Made by a program: the position numbers and the translations under genes. A stretch of 64,000 nucleotides of DNA from the human T2T-CHM13v2.0 reference genome, Homo sapiens. The stretch is taken from the NCBI RefSeq assembly GCF_009914755.1, contig NC_060937.1. The stretch is one strand, 5' to 3'. How positions within the stretch are numbered: position 1 is the stretch's first letter; every line of letters begins with the position of its first letter. Shown here piece after piece: positions 28,690 through 44,750 of this stretch. Below the pieces are notes generated by a model. That model was given only the letters and a program-made list of their open reading frames with translations. It did not search any database and had not been told where the DNA came from.

Positions 28690-31600
28690 AGTTTTTCTAT
28701 ATAAATGTTCATGAGATATATTGATTTAGTTTTCTTTTCTTATAATGTCTTTACCTGGCTCTGGTATTAGGATAATGTTGGCCTTATTGAACAAGTTAAG
28801 AAGTCTTTCCTCTTTTCTGGAAGAGACTGTAGAGTATTCCTATCATTTCTTCTTTAAATTGTTGGGAGAATTCACCAATGAAACCATCCAGATTGGTGCT
28901 TTTTTTTCTTTTAAGATTATAATTTATCAATCAATTTATTTAAAAGATACAAGCCTATTCCGTATCTCTATTTCGGCTGTGTTGAGCTTTGGTAGTTTGT
29001 GTTTTCAAGGAGGTGGCCCATTTCAAATAAATTACCAACATTGTTGTCATAAAGTTGTTTATAATACTACTTTATTATCCTTTTAATGGTTAAGAAATCA
29101 GTATTGATAACTTCTGTTTTTATTTTCAGTATCAATAATTTTTGTCTTCTCTCTCCTTTTTTTTCTAGTCAGCCTGGATAGAGGCTTATTAATTTTATTG
29201 GTATTTCCAAAGAGCCACCTTTTTACTTTGTTGAATTTCTGTATTGGCTTTCTGTTTAAACTTCATTGATTTCTACTCCACATTTTATTACTTTCTCTCT
29301 TGCTTTAGGATTAAATTGTTCTTTATTTTCAGTTTCCTAGGTAGAAGCTTAATTAATTTTGGATCTTTCTTCTTTTCTAATATATGAATTTAATGCTATA
29401 TATTTCCATCTAAGCATTGCTTTTGCTGTATCCCACAACATTTAAGGTCATATTTTTATTTTCATTAAGTTCAAAATATTTTAAAAATTTCTTCTAAGAG
29501 TTTTACCTTGACCAACCTGTTATTTAGAAGTATAGTGTTTAATCTCCACATATTTGGGGGATTTTCCACATATCTTTCCATTATTGTTTCTAATATAATT
29601 TTATTGTGGTCTAAGAATGCACTTTGCATGATATCTATTCTTTTTGTTAAAGTGTGTTTGTGGTAAAGAATGTGGTCTATCTTGGTGAATATTCAATGGA
29701 AAATTGAAATAATGTGTTTTCTGCTGCTGGTGAATGAAGTATTCTATAAATGTTAATTAGATCAACTTATCTCATGGTACTGTTCATTTCAACTACTTCC
29801 TTAGCAGTGCTCTGCCCGTTGGATCTAGCAAATACTGAAAGAGGCATGTTGCAGTCTCTATAATAGCTATAATAGCAAGTTGTCTATTGTTTCTTGCAGT
29901 TCTATTCATTTTTGCCTCATGAATTTGGTGTTCTGTTTATAGGAGCACACATGTTAAGGATTTTTATGTCTTCTTGGAGAATCAATCCTTTTATCATTAT
30001 GTAATTCCCTTCTTAATTCCTGAAAATTTTCCTTGTTCTGAAGTCTGCTTTGCCTGAAATTAATACAGCTAATCCAGCTTTCTTTTGATCAGTGTTAATA
30101 CAATACAGCTTTGTCAATCCTTTTGACCTACTTGTGTCTTTATATTTACAGTAGACTTCCTATCGATAGCATATGATTGGGCCTTATATTTTCAATGACT
30201 CTCACCATTTCTGCCTTTGAGTTTGTTTGTTAGATCATTCACATTTAAAGTGCTATTCATATAGTTAGATTAATATTTACCATATTTGTAAATGTTATCT
30301 ATTTGTTGTACTTTTGTTTTCTTTTTGTTATTTTTCTGCTTTCTCTGATTTAATTGAATCAGATAATCTAATTAAATTGTATAATGCCTTTTTTTCCCCT
30401 CTTAGCATATGGTATGTATTTTTTTTTAGAAAACACTAAATAGTTCCTCTATACCTTGCAATATATATTTTTAAAAACCTACATCCACTTTCAGGTAACA
30501 CTGTACCACTTCACAGGTAGTGCAGGTGGTTTATAAAAGAATATTACCAATTTCTTCCCCCCATTCTTTGTAACGTTGCTATATTTATTTCACTTATTCA
30601 TAAGCTATAATCACTCAATATATTTTTACCATTATTAATTTGAATAACTGTCTATTAGATTAAATAAGAATAAGAAAAGAATTAATTTTTTATTGATTAA
30701 TTTTATGACACTCTTTTTTTACATATATATGCATTTCTGACCTATATATTTTTTATTCCTTCTGAAAAACTTCATTTAACATTTCTTGTAGGGCATGTCT
30801 ACTGCAACATATTTTTTCAACTTATATTTGTTAGAGAAACTTCTCAAGAATAATTTCAATACATGTAGAATTTTAGGTTCTGTGTGTTTTTTTCTTTAAC
30901 TACTTTAAATATTTCATTTCATTCTCTTCTTCCTTGCATGGCTTCTGATGAGAAGTCTGCATAATTTTTATTCTTTTCCTATATAAGTAAGATGGCCGTT
31001 TTTTCCTGGCTTCTTTAAAGATTTTTTGTCTTCAATGTTCTGCAATTTGAATACAATTTGGCTATGGGTAACTATTTTGGTATTCACCTGCTTTGTGTTC
31101 TTTGCACCTCCTAAATTTATGGTTTGGTAACTATAATTAATTTCAGAATATTCTCATTTATTATTACTTTAAATATTTCTTCTACTTTAATTTATGGTTT
31201 GGTAACTATAATTAATTTCAGAATATTCTCATTTATTATTACTTTAAATATTTCTTCTACTTTATTTCTTCTCCTATTACTCACATTATGCATATGTCAT
31301 ACTTTATAAAATTATCCCAGAATTCAAGATGTTTTGTTCTGATTTTAAAATTTATTTTTTTCTCTTTGCATTTTACTTTGGAAAGTTTATGTTGATCTAT
31401 TTTCAAGCTCACACATTCTTTCCTCGGCCCTGTCTAATCACCTGATGAACCCATCAAACATACTCTTTTATTATACTGTTTATTATTTCTAGCATTTACT
31501 CTTATTCTTTCTTAAAGTATTCATCTTTCTGCTAACTTTATCCAACTTGTGCTTTCTTTTTTTTCTGCATGTTGCCTACTTTTTATTAGCGCTCTTAACC

Positions 31601-32650
31601 TATTAGTTATATTAATTCTAAAATGCACATTATATCTGAATCTGGTATTAAAGCTTGCTTTGCCTCTTCAGGCTGCTTTTTCATTTGCCTTTTAGCATGC
31701 TTTATAATTTTTGTTCAAAGCTGGACACAGTTTATTTGGTAATAGGAAATGCAGTAAATAAGCCTTTATTCTCAGATTTTATGTTAATATGGCTAAGAGT
31801 TATGTATATTTAATGATTGCTATAGCTGTAAGTGCCAGAGAGTTCAGTTTCTCCTGATGTGCTTGTTTTTTGGTTACCTTCGGGTCTTTGGATTTCCCTA
31901 AGAACTCATTCTTAAGAGGAGTCTGCACCTTGCGGCTCTTCCCATTGTAGCCCACTGTTACTAGACTGGAGCCTGATTGATGTGGTTGTAAGGTATGAGG
32001 GAGGGAGCCTTCAATAATCTAACAAATAAGTCTCAGCCTTTTAGTGGTCACATGTTCCTGGCTTATTACCTTCCCAATTGTTTCTTAGCTTTTCTGTTTC
32101 TCCCCTTAGGTGAGACAGGATACTGGAGTTGGACAATAACCTTCACTCTGGTTTGATAAAGATCTGGTAAAGTTTTTTCTCTTGAAGAATAGGCCTTTGT
32201 TATAGGAAATGTTTTGTGCATATTTTGATATGGTTACTTTTCTCTTCTACCTGTCAAAAATATGGGGTATTATTCTTAGATCTTTACCATCAGAATCTGG
32301 GTGGCTTCCATGAGGCTGTGCCAATGAGAGTTCTCACACTTAGCCCACACTCAGTCTCCAGCAATTTACCAAAATTACCATTTAAATGTTTCTTTCAGTT
32401 TATATCTGCTGTGACATCTACTCTACATAAGCCAAACTTAGCTGTGATTCTCTGTATTCAGCTTTGACTCTCTATATTTGTCTTTCTTTCCAGATTTGGG
32501 GGGCAGCAGTTTGTCCTGTGAGCTCAATTCTCTAATGAGTCCAAGAAAAGTCATTAGCTAAAGTCAAAGAGGTTATTTTTTAGCTTTTTTTTTAATTAAA
32601 GTGATGGGGAGATGCCTTTCAAGCCCTTCACATGTCAAAGTCAAAACAAA
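28690..32650 (-). mobile_element. Old L1M, ORF2/ORF1/5' remnant
   Basis: ggtattaggataatgttggcc, gaattcaccaatgaaaccatc, agaatgtggtctatcttggtgaat, tctgatgagaagtctgc. Confidence 0.85.
31114..31263. repeat. Perfect 75 bp tandem duplication
   Basis: 31114-31188 is identical to 31189-31263 (aatttatggtttggtaac...cttctacttt). Confidence 0.95.
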
Positions 32651-33599
32651 CTAGTAATTTCTTTTGAATTAAAAAAAAAACCCTGATGTCATAAAATAGG
32701 CAAGAGTGAAACTAATGCCATGTCATGTAAAAAAGATTTTCTGTGCAATTTGAAAAATATAATAAAAGAGCAAAAGAAGTCAGGCTTAGTTTCATCGTTA
32801 AATAGTATTCACTAATCACTGGAATTTTAATGAGGAATAAGACATTGCCCAAGGCTTTAAGTAAAATATTTGCCATTAGGGAAGGTTGACATAATAATAG
32901 GCAATTGCCATGCATTTCCACAACAAAGTGGTATGGGAGCACACAAAAAATACCATTTATTCTTACATGAATGTTTTACATAAGTGTGTATTTTATGGAA
33001 AAAATATAATTTAATACCAGTCAGAGAGTTGGATCCAGCAGTGCAAAGAAGGGAGAAAATGAGAAAAGAGGCACAAAGGAAGGAAAAAGGAAGAAAGGTG
33101 ATCCATTATTACACAGTAGGATTTGTTTTTTACTTTTTAAAACTATTGAACTCATAGTTTGTTACCAGAAAAGAGATAGTTAAAACATGGATCTTTTTTT
33201 TCTGGATTTTTTGGATGATACCTGAGCTGGTATACCTTGGAGAGAATGACACCTGTGCTGGTTTATGGAAAGTGAGCAGGAACTAAAAGGTATAAGGGAA
33301 TGAGGAAATAAATTCCTTGAAAAGTATAATAAGGAGTAAGAAAAGTCATTACTGGCAAAGTGAACAGACTCGATTGAACCTAAAACTCAGCGAGGAGCTT
33401 AGGTGGATTTTGGAGATATCAAAAAATAACAAGAACTGATAGATAAGATATAGCACAGCATTCAGTGGATTTTAAATTGACTTTGGGTGAATCATGTTGA
33501 GACTATAATGAAAGCTATGAACCTCATCCCCAGAAAGCATCCACATGTATGAAGAATTCTGCATTACAATTTTATGGTGTATATTAACTCACTGAAGGC

Positions 33600-34250
33600 A
33601 ATCTAGATTATGTTAGGTGATATGTGGGTACAGTGAAATGGGTCAAGGAGAAAACCCTGAGAAAAGCCAGTTTTTAGGAGAAGGAAGTAAATAAAGAGCC
33701 CATTAAAAAAGACTGAGAAGCAGCAATCAGATCAAAAAAAGGAAAACGAGAAAAGATTTTTCTCATTTAAAAGAGTCGAGCATTACAATATAGCCAGTCA
33801 GCTGTGTTATATACAACAGAGAGGTCCAGAAAGACAGTGATTAAAGAGTATTTATTGAAACTATGATTATTAGAGTCATGTGTGGCCTCTACCAATGCAG
33901 CTTCACTGGAGTATTGAATATATGAAGTAGATTGCTATGGATTATATAGTGAGTGGGAAACGAAGAAGTGGGCACTACAAGCAGGAGAAATTAGGTTTAG
34001 CTGAGAAGGGAAGGAGAGAATAAAATAGACTCTATAAGGGGGCATAAGATCTATGGAAGAATTGTGATTTAAAGTGGAAAAACTTGATCTTGTTAATAAC
34101 ATGTAGGTGGAAGAAAAAGTGGAGAGAAAATGCTAGGAAAATAGGAAAAAATGTATATATAACTGATGGAGTGAAGTCCCAAAGAAGGCAGGAAAGAAGT
34201 GGATCAAGGCCATAGATGCTCTAGATAAGCATGAATGGGAAGAGTGACAA
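33600..34250 (-). mobile_element. L2 fragment
   Basis: Purine-rich L2-like: aaagactgagaagcagcaatcaga, agagaggtccagaaagac, gagtgggaaacgaagaagtgg. Confidence 0.55.
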
Positions 34251-35041
34251 CTCAAAGGCTAAGCTGACAGCTCTAGGGAATAGAGATATGTCTCACTTAT
34301 TCACCACTATATTCCTAGCACAGTGCCTGGAACAATGTTTCCATCTTCCTTGAAGGTCTTTTTTATGTTTCATAAAAAAATTACACTAGGTCCTGTGCAT
34401 ATCAATCCACATCCTTTGTGCCCTTATTGAAACTACCTCTTTACTTGAACACACTTTTGTTCCTTTCAATCAAATAATCATCAGTGAAGGCATTAAGAAA
34501 TCATCAGAAAGAAAGACAAATATTTACATGCAAAGTTCTTCATTAGAGTTGTATTTATAACAGAGGATAAATGAAAACTCTCTAAGTGTCTAAAATAGAA
34601 AAATGATTAAGTAAATAGTACTATATTCAAATAATATGGCCATTAATGTTTCCATTTTCATTATCCATGTCTGGGACATAATAGATGCTCAATAATTATT
34701 AGCTGAATAAATTAATAATCACATGGATAGACTAGCTTAATAAGGGCCCATTTGTGCATGCTTTTATCTTACTGAGAGAAAGGTTCCTAACCCTTATGAA
34801 ATTCCATACTAGATCATAACACTTCTGACTTGCTAATGGAAGCTTGAGTTAAGAGGATATTTTAGGGAAACCTTTCCCAGTATGTCCTCTTTCTGTGCTG
34901 CTATAAAATAGACATGGCCATCTGCAAGCAAGTTCTAGCCCTAGTTCAGAAAACAATTCTGAACCACTACCATACACAATGCCCTGTAGTCAAAGATCAT
35001 TATTCCTTACTAACTAGATTTTGGAGGGTAGTTTTATGTAG

Positions 35042-35423
35042 ATTTTTTTTAACTTTTATTTTAAATTCAGGGGCATATGTGCAGGTTTGTTTACATAGGT
35101 AAACTTATGTCATGGGGGTTTGTTGTACAGATTATTTCATCACCCAGGTATTACGCCTAGTACCCATTGGTAATTTTTCCTAATCTTCTCCCTCCTCCCA
35201 CCCTCCACCCTCCAATAGGCCCCAGTGAGTGTTGTTCCCCTCTGTGTATCCATCTGTCCTCATCATTTAACTCTCACTTACAAGTGAGAACATGTGGTAT
35301 TTGGTTTTCTGTTCCTGTGTTAGTTTGCTAAGGATAATGGCCTCTGGATCCATCCATGTCCCTGCAAAGAACATGATCTCATTCCTTTTTATAGCTGCAT
35401 ATTATTCCATGGTGTATATGTAC
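35042..35423 (-). mobile_element. L1PA 3' end (5'-truncated)
   Basis: aacttttattttaaattcagggg..atgtgcaggtttg, gtgagaacatgtggtatttggttttctgttcctgtgttagtttgc. Confidence 0.93.
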
Positions 35424-36399
35424 TGCAAATGATGCTCCTAGGCTCCAGTCTCTGTACTATTGCAGAGCACATAAGAGGGTGTGAAACGAGTGCTAGTTTG
35501 AAGAAACAGATCAAGCACTTGCATGAACCAGGGAAGGCAGGAGAGAAGCAGAAACCACCATTCTCTTTCACTACTGGCAGATAGGTTCCTGTCCCTGAGA
35601 GTTGTGAGGTTTTTCAACAGTTTCCAGGTATTCTCATTCAAAGCACCTGACCTGGTTGTGCAGGCAGCTGTGACCATGCAGTGTTTCCTTCAGATCCTGA
35701 CCTGGCAGCATAGTAACTTCCTGATTCTTTGAAAGCTTGACACAAAACTAGGAGCTACAATTGACCTTACCTAAGTATGACAGCTGTATTTCTTCCAGGG
35801 GCTTTGAAACCACCTGAAATAAATCGTTTATTGCTTGAAACACTAGGTAGTTTCTTTGTTTGAAACCAAATACTGACTGATAAAATTTCTCTCTAGCCGG
35901 AGGTAAGAGGCTGAAATATAAACACATGTTATAAGTGGCCTGATGCTCTCTCCTACCACTCTTAGCCTGTTCACATTCATTGTTGAATGGCTTCCATCTT
36001 CTGATTACTTTCTGAATGTAGTGTCATGGCACCTATGTTGAATAGATTGTGGTATAGTTTAATACAGATGTCCTATCATTTGGAAATTTTAAGAACCTAA
36101 GGAAATCATCTCCAGAAGTCTCCTTTTGAAAGCCCATATGTTCCATTTATGTACTCACTAGACTGGATGCTTTCCTGTGGCTAATTTAGTGTTCCTATTG
36201 AAGTCATTCATTATGAGTTTATTATTTGCTGTATTATCTGGGCAAAATTATAAGACTTCTGGAAAGTTATCCCTTCAAAATGATGCCTCCTGCGGTGTTT
36301 TAGTAAGAAAATAATGCTGAACTTAAAAGCAGTAACAGAGCTTTGAAAATTAAAGAAATAATTCATAAATATACAAGGGCACCCTACTTCTCTCACCTT

Positions 36400-36790
36400 G
36401 CAATTCATCCTATATACTGCTGTCAGTATATTTCCACCAAAATATTTCTGATTATGTCATCACTTCGCTCAAAACTTTCCAAATTTTACCATGAATACAG
36501 AATGAATAATAGGCTTCTAGGCATGACATCTAAATTCTTTCATGATTTATGTCTTCCTAATTTGCTCTTCCAGGCCATTGCTCCTTTAATATACATTTAA
36601 CCATCTCAAAAGACTGGACCTTTGGCCATATTTCAGACCATGGCAAATCTTGGTTGCTAGCTCATGATTTTACCCTTTCACCTGTCTTGTTAAAATCTTA
36701 CCCACTTTTTAGGTCTCAGACCAAACATCATTTCTCCATAAATAGTTCTTGATCACATCAGCTCTCTTCTTTAACTTCTCGCTGGCCTTT
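36400..36790 (+). mobile_element. L2 fragment
   Basis: ctgattatgtcatcacttcgctcaaaactttcc, ggtctcagaccaaacatcatttctcc. Confidence 0.55.
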
Positions 36791-37259
36791 TTCTCTATTG
36801 CTCTCATGGGTTTGAGGCAATTCAGAGTAGTGAAAAAAGGCAGTCGAAAACCACAGACTAAAATCCCCACGGCAACCGAGATTGACAATATAGATTTTGA
36901 ACGGCAGAGAAGTGATAGAAAATACTAGAGAGAAGTGATTATAGTTTGGTAAGAAGCCAGCATTTTACCCGACATATTTAAATGCAGGTTATTGTATCTG
37001 TATTTGAGACCGCAGAATGGAAAATACTAGGTTTGAAATAATGAAAAAGCTGAACTCACTCAGCAAAAGTGCTTCAGCCCACTAAACTGGGATCTTACTA
37101 GCTTTTGTAATAATTGCTCATTAAAGGCATCCTCCTCTGTGCTTGGTGAACTCTTGTTTTAAAGTTGGATTAATTTCTAATCGTATTTTGGAGATAATTT
37201 AAGCATACTGAAAAAGACTCTCTTCAGAGACTCACAGCAACTTCTTCCTAAATTATGAT

Positions 37260-37745
37260 TGTAATTATTTATTCATCCATGCATTTATTCTGACTTTTGA
37301 ACATACATAATATGCACAGCTCAGCAGCAGAAATTGAAGGTAGGAAAAGATTGGTGAGTCTGAAGAATAACAGCGATGTTTGACTGGCCTACAGATTGCT
37401 TGAAGATAACTCGTAGAAGAAAGGATTTCCAAGGTCAAATGAAGGCAGATCATTAGAGGACCTTAGCTAATTGGGCAAAGGGTTCTAATTTACTTATTGG
37501 GCAGAGGAAAGTGCTACAACTCTTGGCCAGGGAAATAAGATAATCAGAGACATGATTTAGAAACAGTGTGACTAAAGCAGACAGAAGATTGGAAGCTAGA
37601 GAAATTCTTAGGCAACTGTTACACTCATCTGTGTGATAGAGTGATTATCAATTCAGTAGGAACAGAGGGGAAGGGAAAGAGACAGGTTTTAGAGGTAATG
37701 TTCTAAAACTGTAATTTGGAAACTGATTAGATTAATGGGATACAG
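37260..37745 (-). mobile_element. L2 fragment (resumes ~39631-39695)
   Basis: tttattcatccatgcatttattc, ttggaaactgattagatt; continues gagggaggggaaagagcctgagatgg. Confidence 0.5.
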
Positions 37746-37746
37746 G

Positions 37747-39630
<1,884 letters not shown>

Positions 39631-39699
39631 GGTACGAGGGAGGGGAAAGAGCCTGAGATGGTTTTGAACACTGGGAACTGAGTAAGCAATGTAACAGGC

Positions 39700-40711
39700 T
39701 GTGTTAGTCCCTCTTACACTGCTACAAAGAAACACCTAAGGCTGGGTAATTTTTAAAGAAAAAGGATCTATTTTGGCTCTTGGGTCTGCAGGCTGTACAA
39801 GAAGCATAGAACCAGCATTTGTTTCTGGTGAGGATGTCAGGAAGCTTCCACTCATGGCAGAAGGCAAATGGGAAACAGGTGTGTCACATGGCAAGACAGG
39901 GAACAAGAAAGACAGGAGGAAGTATCTGCTTTTAACCACCAGATCTTGTGTTGACTTACAGAGCCAGATCTCATTCATTACCATGGGGAGGGTGCCAAAC
40001 TGATACAGGAGACAGAAAGAAATTAGGCAGATAGTGAGGGCAGAAGAGTCCTCTGCAGAACTTCTCTTTTAACAAAAAGTAGCCTGAGAAATCATTTCTT
40101 TTCTAACAAAGAGCAGCCTGAAAGATGGAGCTGCAAACATAGATAAGGAAGCTGGAAGCTTGTACAGGAGGAGGAATGTCCACCATGGGGGGTCCTCCTT
40201 CCCTTTTTCATTAGCATGTATATAGTAAGAAAGAAATGAGCAACACGGAGAAGCTCAGGCAGAGAACCCGCCTGCATAATAAAAGATTGGGGTGGGGGCT
40301 GCCAGCAATTCACACCCTATGCAGATGGCACACCTGGTCCTAACTGGTTTTTTGTGCCCTATATAGATCAGACACGGCCTCCACACTAGCTCATCTATAA
40401 AACCCCCTGCATTTCACTACAGATCAGCAGACCATTTTTCCGGGACCCCTTTCTGTGGTAGCAAGCTATTCTCTTTCTTTTGCCTATTAAACTTCTGCTA
40501 CTAACCTCACCCTTTGTGTGTCTGCATCCTTGATCTCCATGGCTGTGAGACAACAAGCCTTGGGTGTCACCCCAGACAATGAGGCCACTTCAAAACCGTT
40601 AATGAGGGATCCACCCCCATGATTCAAACACTTCCCACTGGGCTTCATCTCCAACACTAGAGATCACATTTCAACATGAGATTTGAAGGGGACAAACATC
40701 CAGACTATATC
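39700..40711 (-). mobile_element. MSTB-like solo LTR split by an ERV1 LTR
   Basis: aaagaaacacctaaggctgggtaattt..ggaagcttccactcatggcagaagg; resumes gagggatccacccccatgatt..tttcaacatgagatttg. Confidence 0.9.
40001..40592 (+). mobile_element. ERV1-class solo LTR (LTR9-like, tentative)
   Basis: TG...CA ends, 4 bp TSD aaac, TATAAAA at 40396, ATTAAA at 40486. Confidence 0.85.
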
Positions 40712-40991
40712 GTAAGAAATGGAAACCCTTGAAGAATTAGTTTGGAAGGGGTAGGAGTGGAAAGAAGCAAAAGATAGTTATTTCCATTTGAATAATCAAC
40801 TGAATGGAGATAGCAAAACATAAACCTATCCAAAGTTTAAGCAGTAAGCACTTCAAATGGAGACTTGTTTGCCGGAAACAAGCAGCTGTGAAATAAACTA
40901 CATCCTCTTTCCCATTTACTTTTCCCTTTTCTTTTTTGGGTTCTCTTTTCAACTTCTGCATCCCCTACACCTCCCTTTCATGTTCTATGGC

Positions 40992-41512
40992 TGCAGTAAC
41001 ACAACCCTAATGCAGTTAATGCAGCTCTGATGCGTATCTTCACATTCCTTGACACTCCCCTGGAAGGAATGTAAATGTAATTACCACCAATTAAATGGAA
41101 GCAACACGTAGAAAGCATGCCATTTCTGCCTGGTTCTCTTGGAACGTTCATCCTCCAGATGTCTCCTGGAACACTATTTCTGAGAACCCAGCTTGGTGCT
41201 GTAAGAAACCCAAAGCATGTGCAGGTATCCCAGGCTCTGCCCCAGCCGAGTCCTGCCTTTTCATCATCTCCGCACAGGCACCATGCTCGGTACCAGGCGC
41301 CTGCAGCTGATTTGGGCTTCTTCTCTGCTCGCCTTTAGTTGTCACCCTCAGCCTTCATGTCTTTCCAGCTGAGGGCCCAGACATCAAACAAGAGAGACAA
41401 GCCATTCCCACCTTGTTTGGATTCTTAAACTACAACATCAAAGCATGATAAGATGGTGGTTTTACACCACTAAGTTTTCAGTTTGTTTGTAACCCAGTAA
41501 CAGTAATTGTCA
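40992..41512 (+). mobile_element. MLT1 solo LTR
   Basis: ccagctgagggcccagacatc, ggtggttttacaccactaagttttcagtttgtttgtaac. Confidence 0.75.
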
Positions 41513-44254
41513 TGGTCTTTCAACACAAGTTGGAGCAAAAACAGATTTTTTTTCTCTCAGCTCATTAGAATAGGCTAAAATATTTTAAAGACACTTACCA
41601 AAATGCTAAGGATAACAAAAATAAAATAATATAGGATATATAGAAGGTGCCTTAAAAATCTTTAAGCATACAAGTGTTAGATTTCTGATACTGGTATATC
41701 TAATTTGTTTTCAGGCACACATTCATTTTATTGAATGAGAACCCAGAAAAGTGTACTTTTAAATTCTTAAACTGTTTTTTTCTACCCCTCTTTCTTTTGC
41801 ATCTCTTCTTTCTTAAGGAGATGCTATATTCAAGTAATGAGCCTTCAAGGGAAAACAATGGAAGGACGTATTTCTAGATGCACAATGCAATGTAGACAGT
41901 CCTCCAGGTCATCTAAAAATCACAATCCAGCTACCCAAACTCTAGTTTCCAACCCCCTTCCTCCCCTACTTCTTTTTGGGGAGGTCAGATAAAACTTTAC
42001 CAAGCAAGTGACAATTTGGCCAAGTCTTAACGATACCTTGTGTTTGGCAAATAGTTAAAACTCAACAAATATTTGGAATAAATGAATGAGGCAAAGGACC
42101 AGGAGAAAAAGAAGAAACAGTGGCCAGGTATACTGTTGTGTCCCATAGTTTGGCTATGAGATGCTGGGATCTCTGAGCATACTTCTTAGGACAGTGGCAA
42201 TATCAGCTGAGTGCAATGGGAAAAAAAAAAAAAGAACTTCTGTAATTTCCCAGCCAAATCAGAAAATGTGAGCATTTTCTGCCTAACATCTGTCAACCAT
42301 GAGATTTATTTGGATCTGAAACTTACTTTTACAAACTTTAATGTCATAGAAAGATGCCTTTAGTCAAAAAGCTGCTTGACACTTTTCCATCTCAATATTT
42401 AATTACATAAACTTTTAAAAAAATCAAGTGGTTTCAATTGAGCATTAAAAATATCCATAATAGTTTTGAAAGTTGTCATAAATTTTACCAAATTCCTCTT
42501 AGTTTATCTTTTTCTCTATATGATTTGAAAAATCAAAGCTATGTTTTCAAAGCTGAAAGATCGTTTAGCTTAATAAGCACTAATAGGGCTTACCAATCAC
42601 AATAATTAAAAAACAACAACTCAAAAGAGAAACAGTGATTAAAGAGAGGCTTGATTTTGGAAAAATTAACAATCTGACTTCAAACAGTAGAACCTACATG
42701 TTCCACATAGTTGTAGCTGTATCTGGGTATCACTGTGCACATATGATAGGTCAAGGAAAAAGACACTAAGGATTTGTAGTAACATAGACAGCCAGCTGTG
42801 ATTTTAAAAATTAAATGCAAAACATTTGCCTTTATAAAAATGTTTTTATCTCAGTAAAAAATATGTAAATTTCCTCTTGCACCAAACATCTGAACACTGA
42901 CTTGTTTTATATTCTGCTTGAAAATATCTATGGATTTGGGGAAAATGGTCACCTGTCTTTCAGAACTCAGAAGAGGAACTCATCAGTCAAACAAGGATCT
43001 CAAATCTCTCTCTGCAGCTTTTCACATGAAGTTAATAGCAAACACTGCAATGCCAGAGATAGAATACAAATATTTTGTGCTTGAGTTTTGCTTTAAATTC
43101 ATGAGAAAATTATCAATTAATTAGGCTTACCTATGCTTTTGTGTTCTGTGTCTCTATTTTAAGATGACAACTGGAAAACATATTTTTACCTAACTCTAAT
43201 CATCTTTCTATTGAGTGGAGAAAAACAATACCATTATCAAAATTTCTCTCTTCCCACTTCCATCTGCTTTTAACATTTGGGAACCATTCTATACTTATGC
43301 TTTCAGATATTAAATACACACACATATGCAGTGTTTGCTCATAATTAAAAGTTTAGCATCTTTATGATTTTAAAATATTTTATACTTTTCACTAGAAACA
43401 AAATAACATGCTGCAGTATCAAGGCAAATAATATACCCTTAGGAAGGATAGTATCTTACGCTACTTTGCAGCCCTTTACACTTTCATTTGAGTGATGTTG
43501 AATCTTGTCATATAATAAAAGTATGGACAATATCAGCTTGCTGAGGTGCAAAGAGAAGTGCCTTTCATTATCAGTGCATTTAACAAACTATTTTTTCAGC
43601 ACCTGTCATCTCGAGCACTATTCCAGACAACTGAAATATAGAGACAAACTTAATACTGATAAACTTGATAAACAACATGATTGCCCTCAAAGAGCTTACA
43701 TTTTGGTCTACATTGAAGGAAAACAGGAGTTCAGAAATAAACCTAAGTGGCCACAATTTTTCTAAGTCAAGGTCTTTGGAAACTTGCCAAATTTAGAAAT
43801 GAATAACTTCTCAAAGTTATACCTTATTTTGATTCTTTTAAGAACAACGAATGAGAAATTTCAAAACTTTAAGTGCTAGATATTGGTCAAAGGGCTTTAT
43901 TATCTTTTGATGTTGCTTCTTCAGAAAAAATTCCTCCTTCCCTGTTTATGCCAATGCCAAAATTATTCAGATCCTACTTTCCCTGCAGTCAGCCTTTTGC
44001 TAAATATGGAGTTGTTTCAAGCATTCTAGTCATCCTGCACAGAAGACCTGGCAAAGTTTGCTGGGAGAAACAAATGGCCCTGGTGGTCTGTGAGACCTGT
44101 GGCTAGGTCTATGTGTATTTTCACTCAGTTCCTTCAAAAGATAGAGATATATTGACCCCTGTAATTTCATCGTCTGGAAGAAAAAAAGGGCAAGTCTAAT
44201 GGGGATAGCCAATTACATTTTAACCATGTCACGGGCAAATCTAATGGTAACATC

Positions 44255-44750
44255 TGTGGTAGATTGCTTGTTATTCTCTTGTCTGCATTCATGGCCCTTT
44301 GCAAAGTCACTTTGTAGCTTCACCCATCAAGAGATGAAATGTAATCTGAATCAGGGATCACATTGTTACTTGCTTTAGCTAATAGAATGTAGAGGAGGCA
44401 ATGTGTGCAAGTTCCAATCCCAGAACACAAAGGCTTTGCATGCACCCACACTCTTTCAGAACCTTGCACTGTCATGGGAACAAGCCCCGGCTGGCCTGCA
44501 CAAGATGAGAGACCCTGTGAAGAGAGGCTCCAATTTTCCCAGCCATGAGCCCATCATAGACTCACTGATCTTAGGCAACCCATCAGCTGACTGCAGAAAC
44601 ATGGGTAATTTGGACAAGATCAGACCAGGCTGTCTCAGACCAGATTAACTGCCCAGCTGAGCTCAACCCTACAAAGTCTGAGCTAAAAAAAAGTTATTGT
44701 AAGTCACTAAGTTTTGGAGTGGTTTTAACACATCAAAAACTAACAAATAT
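44255..44750 (+). mobile_element. MLT1 solo LTR
   Basis: tgtggtagattgc, cacccatcaagagatg, acttgctttagctaatagaatgt, taagtcactaagttttggagtgg. Confidence 0.85.

Noticed and set aside
10730-32650. L1 reverse transcriptase or endonuclease coding potential
   Set aside because: The remnants are full of stops and indels, and no long ORF exists on the L1 sense strand.
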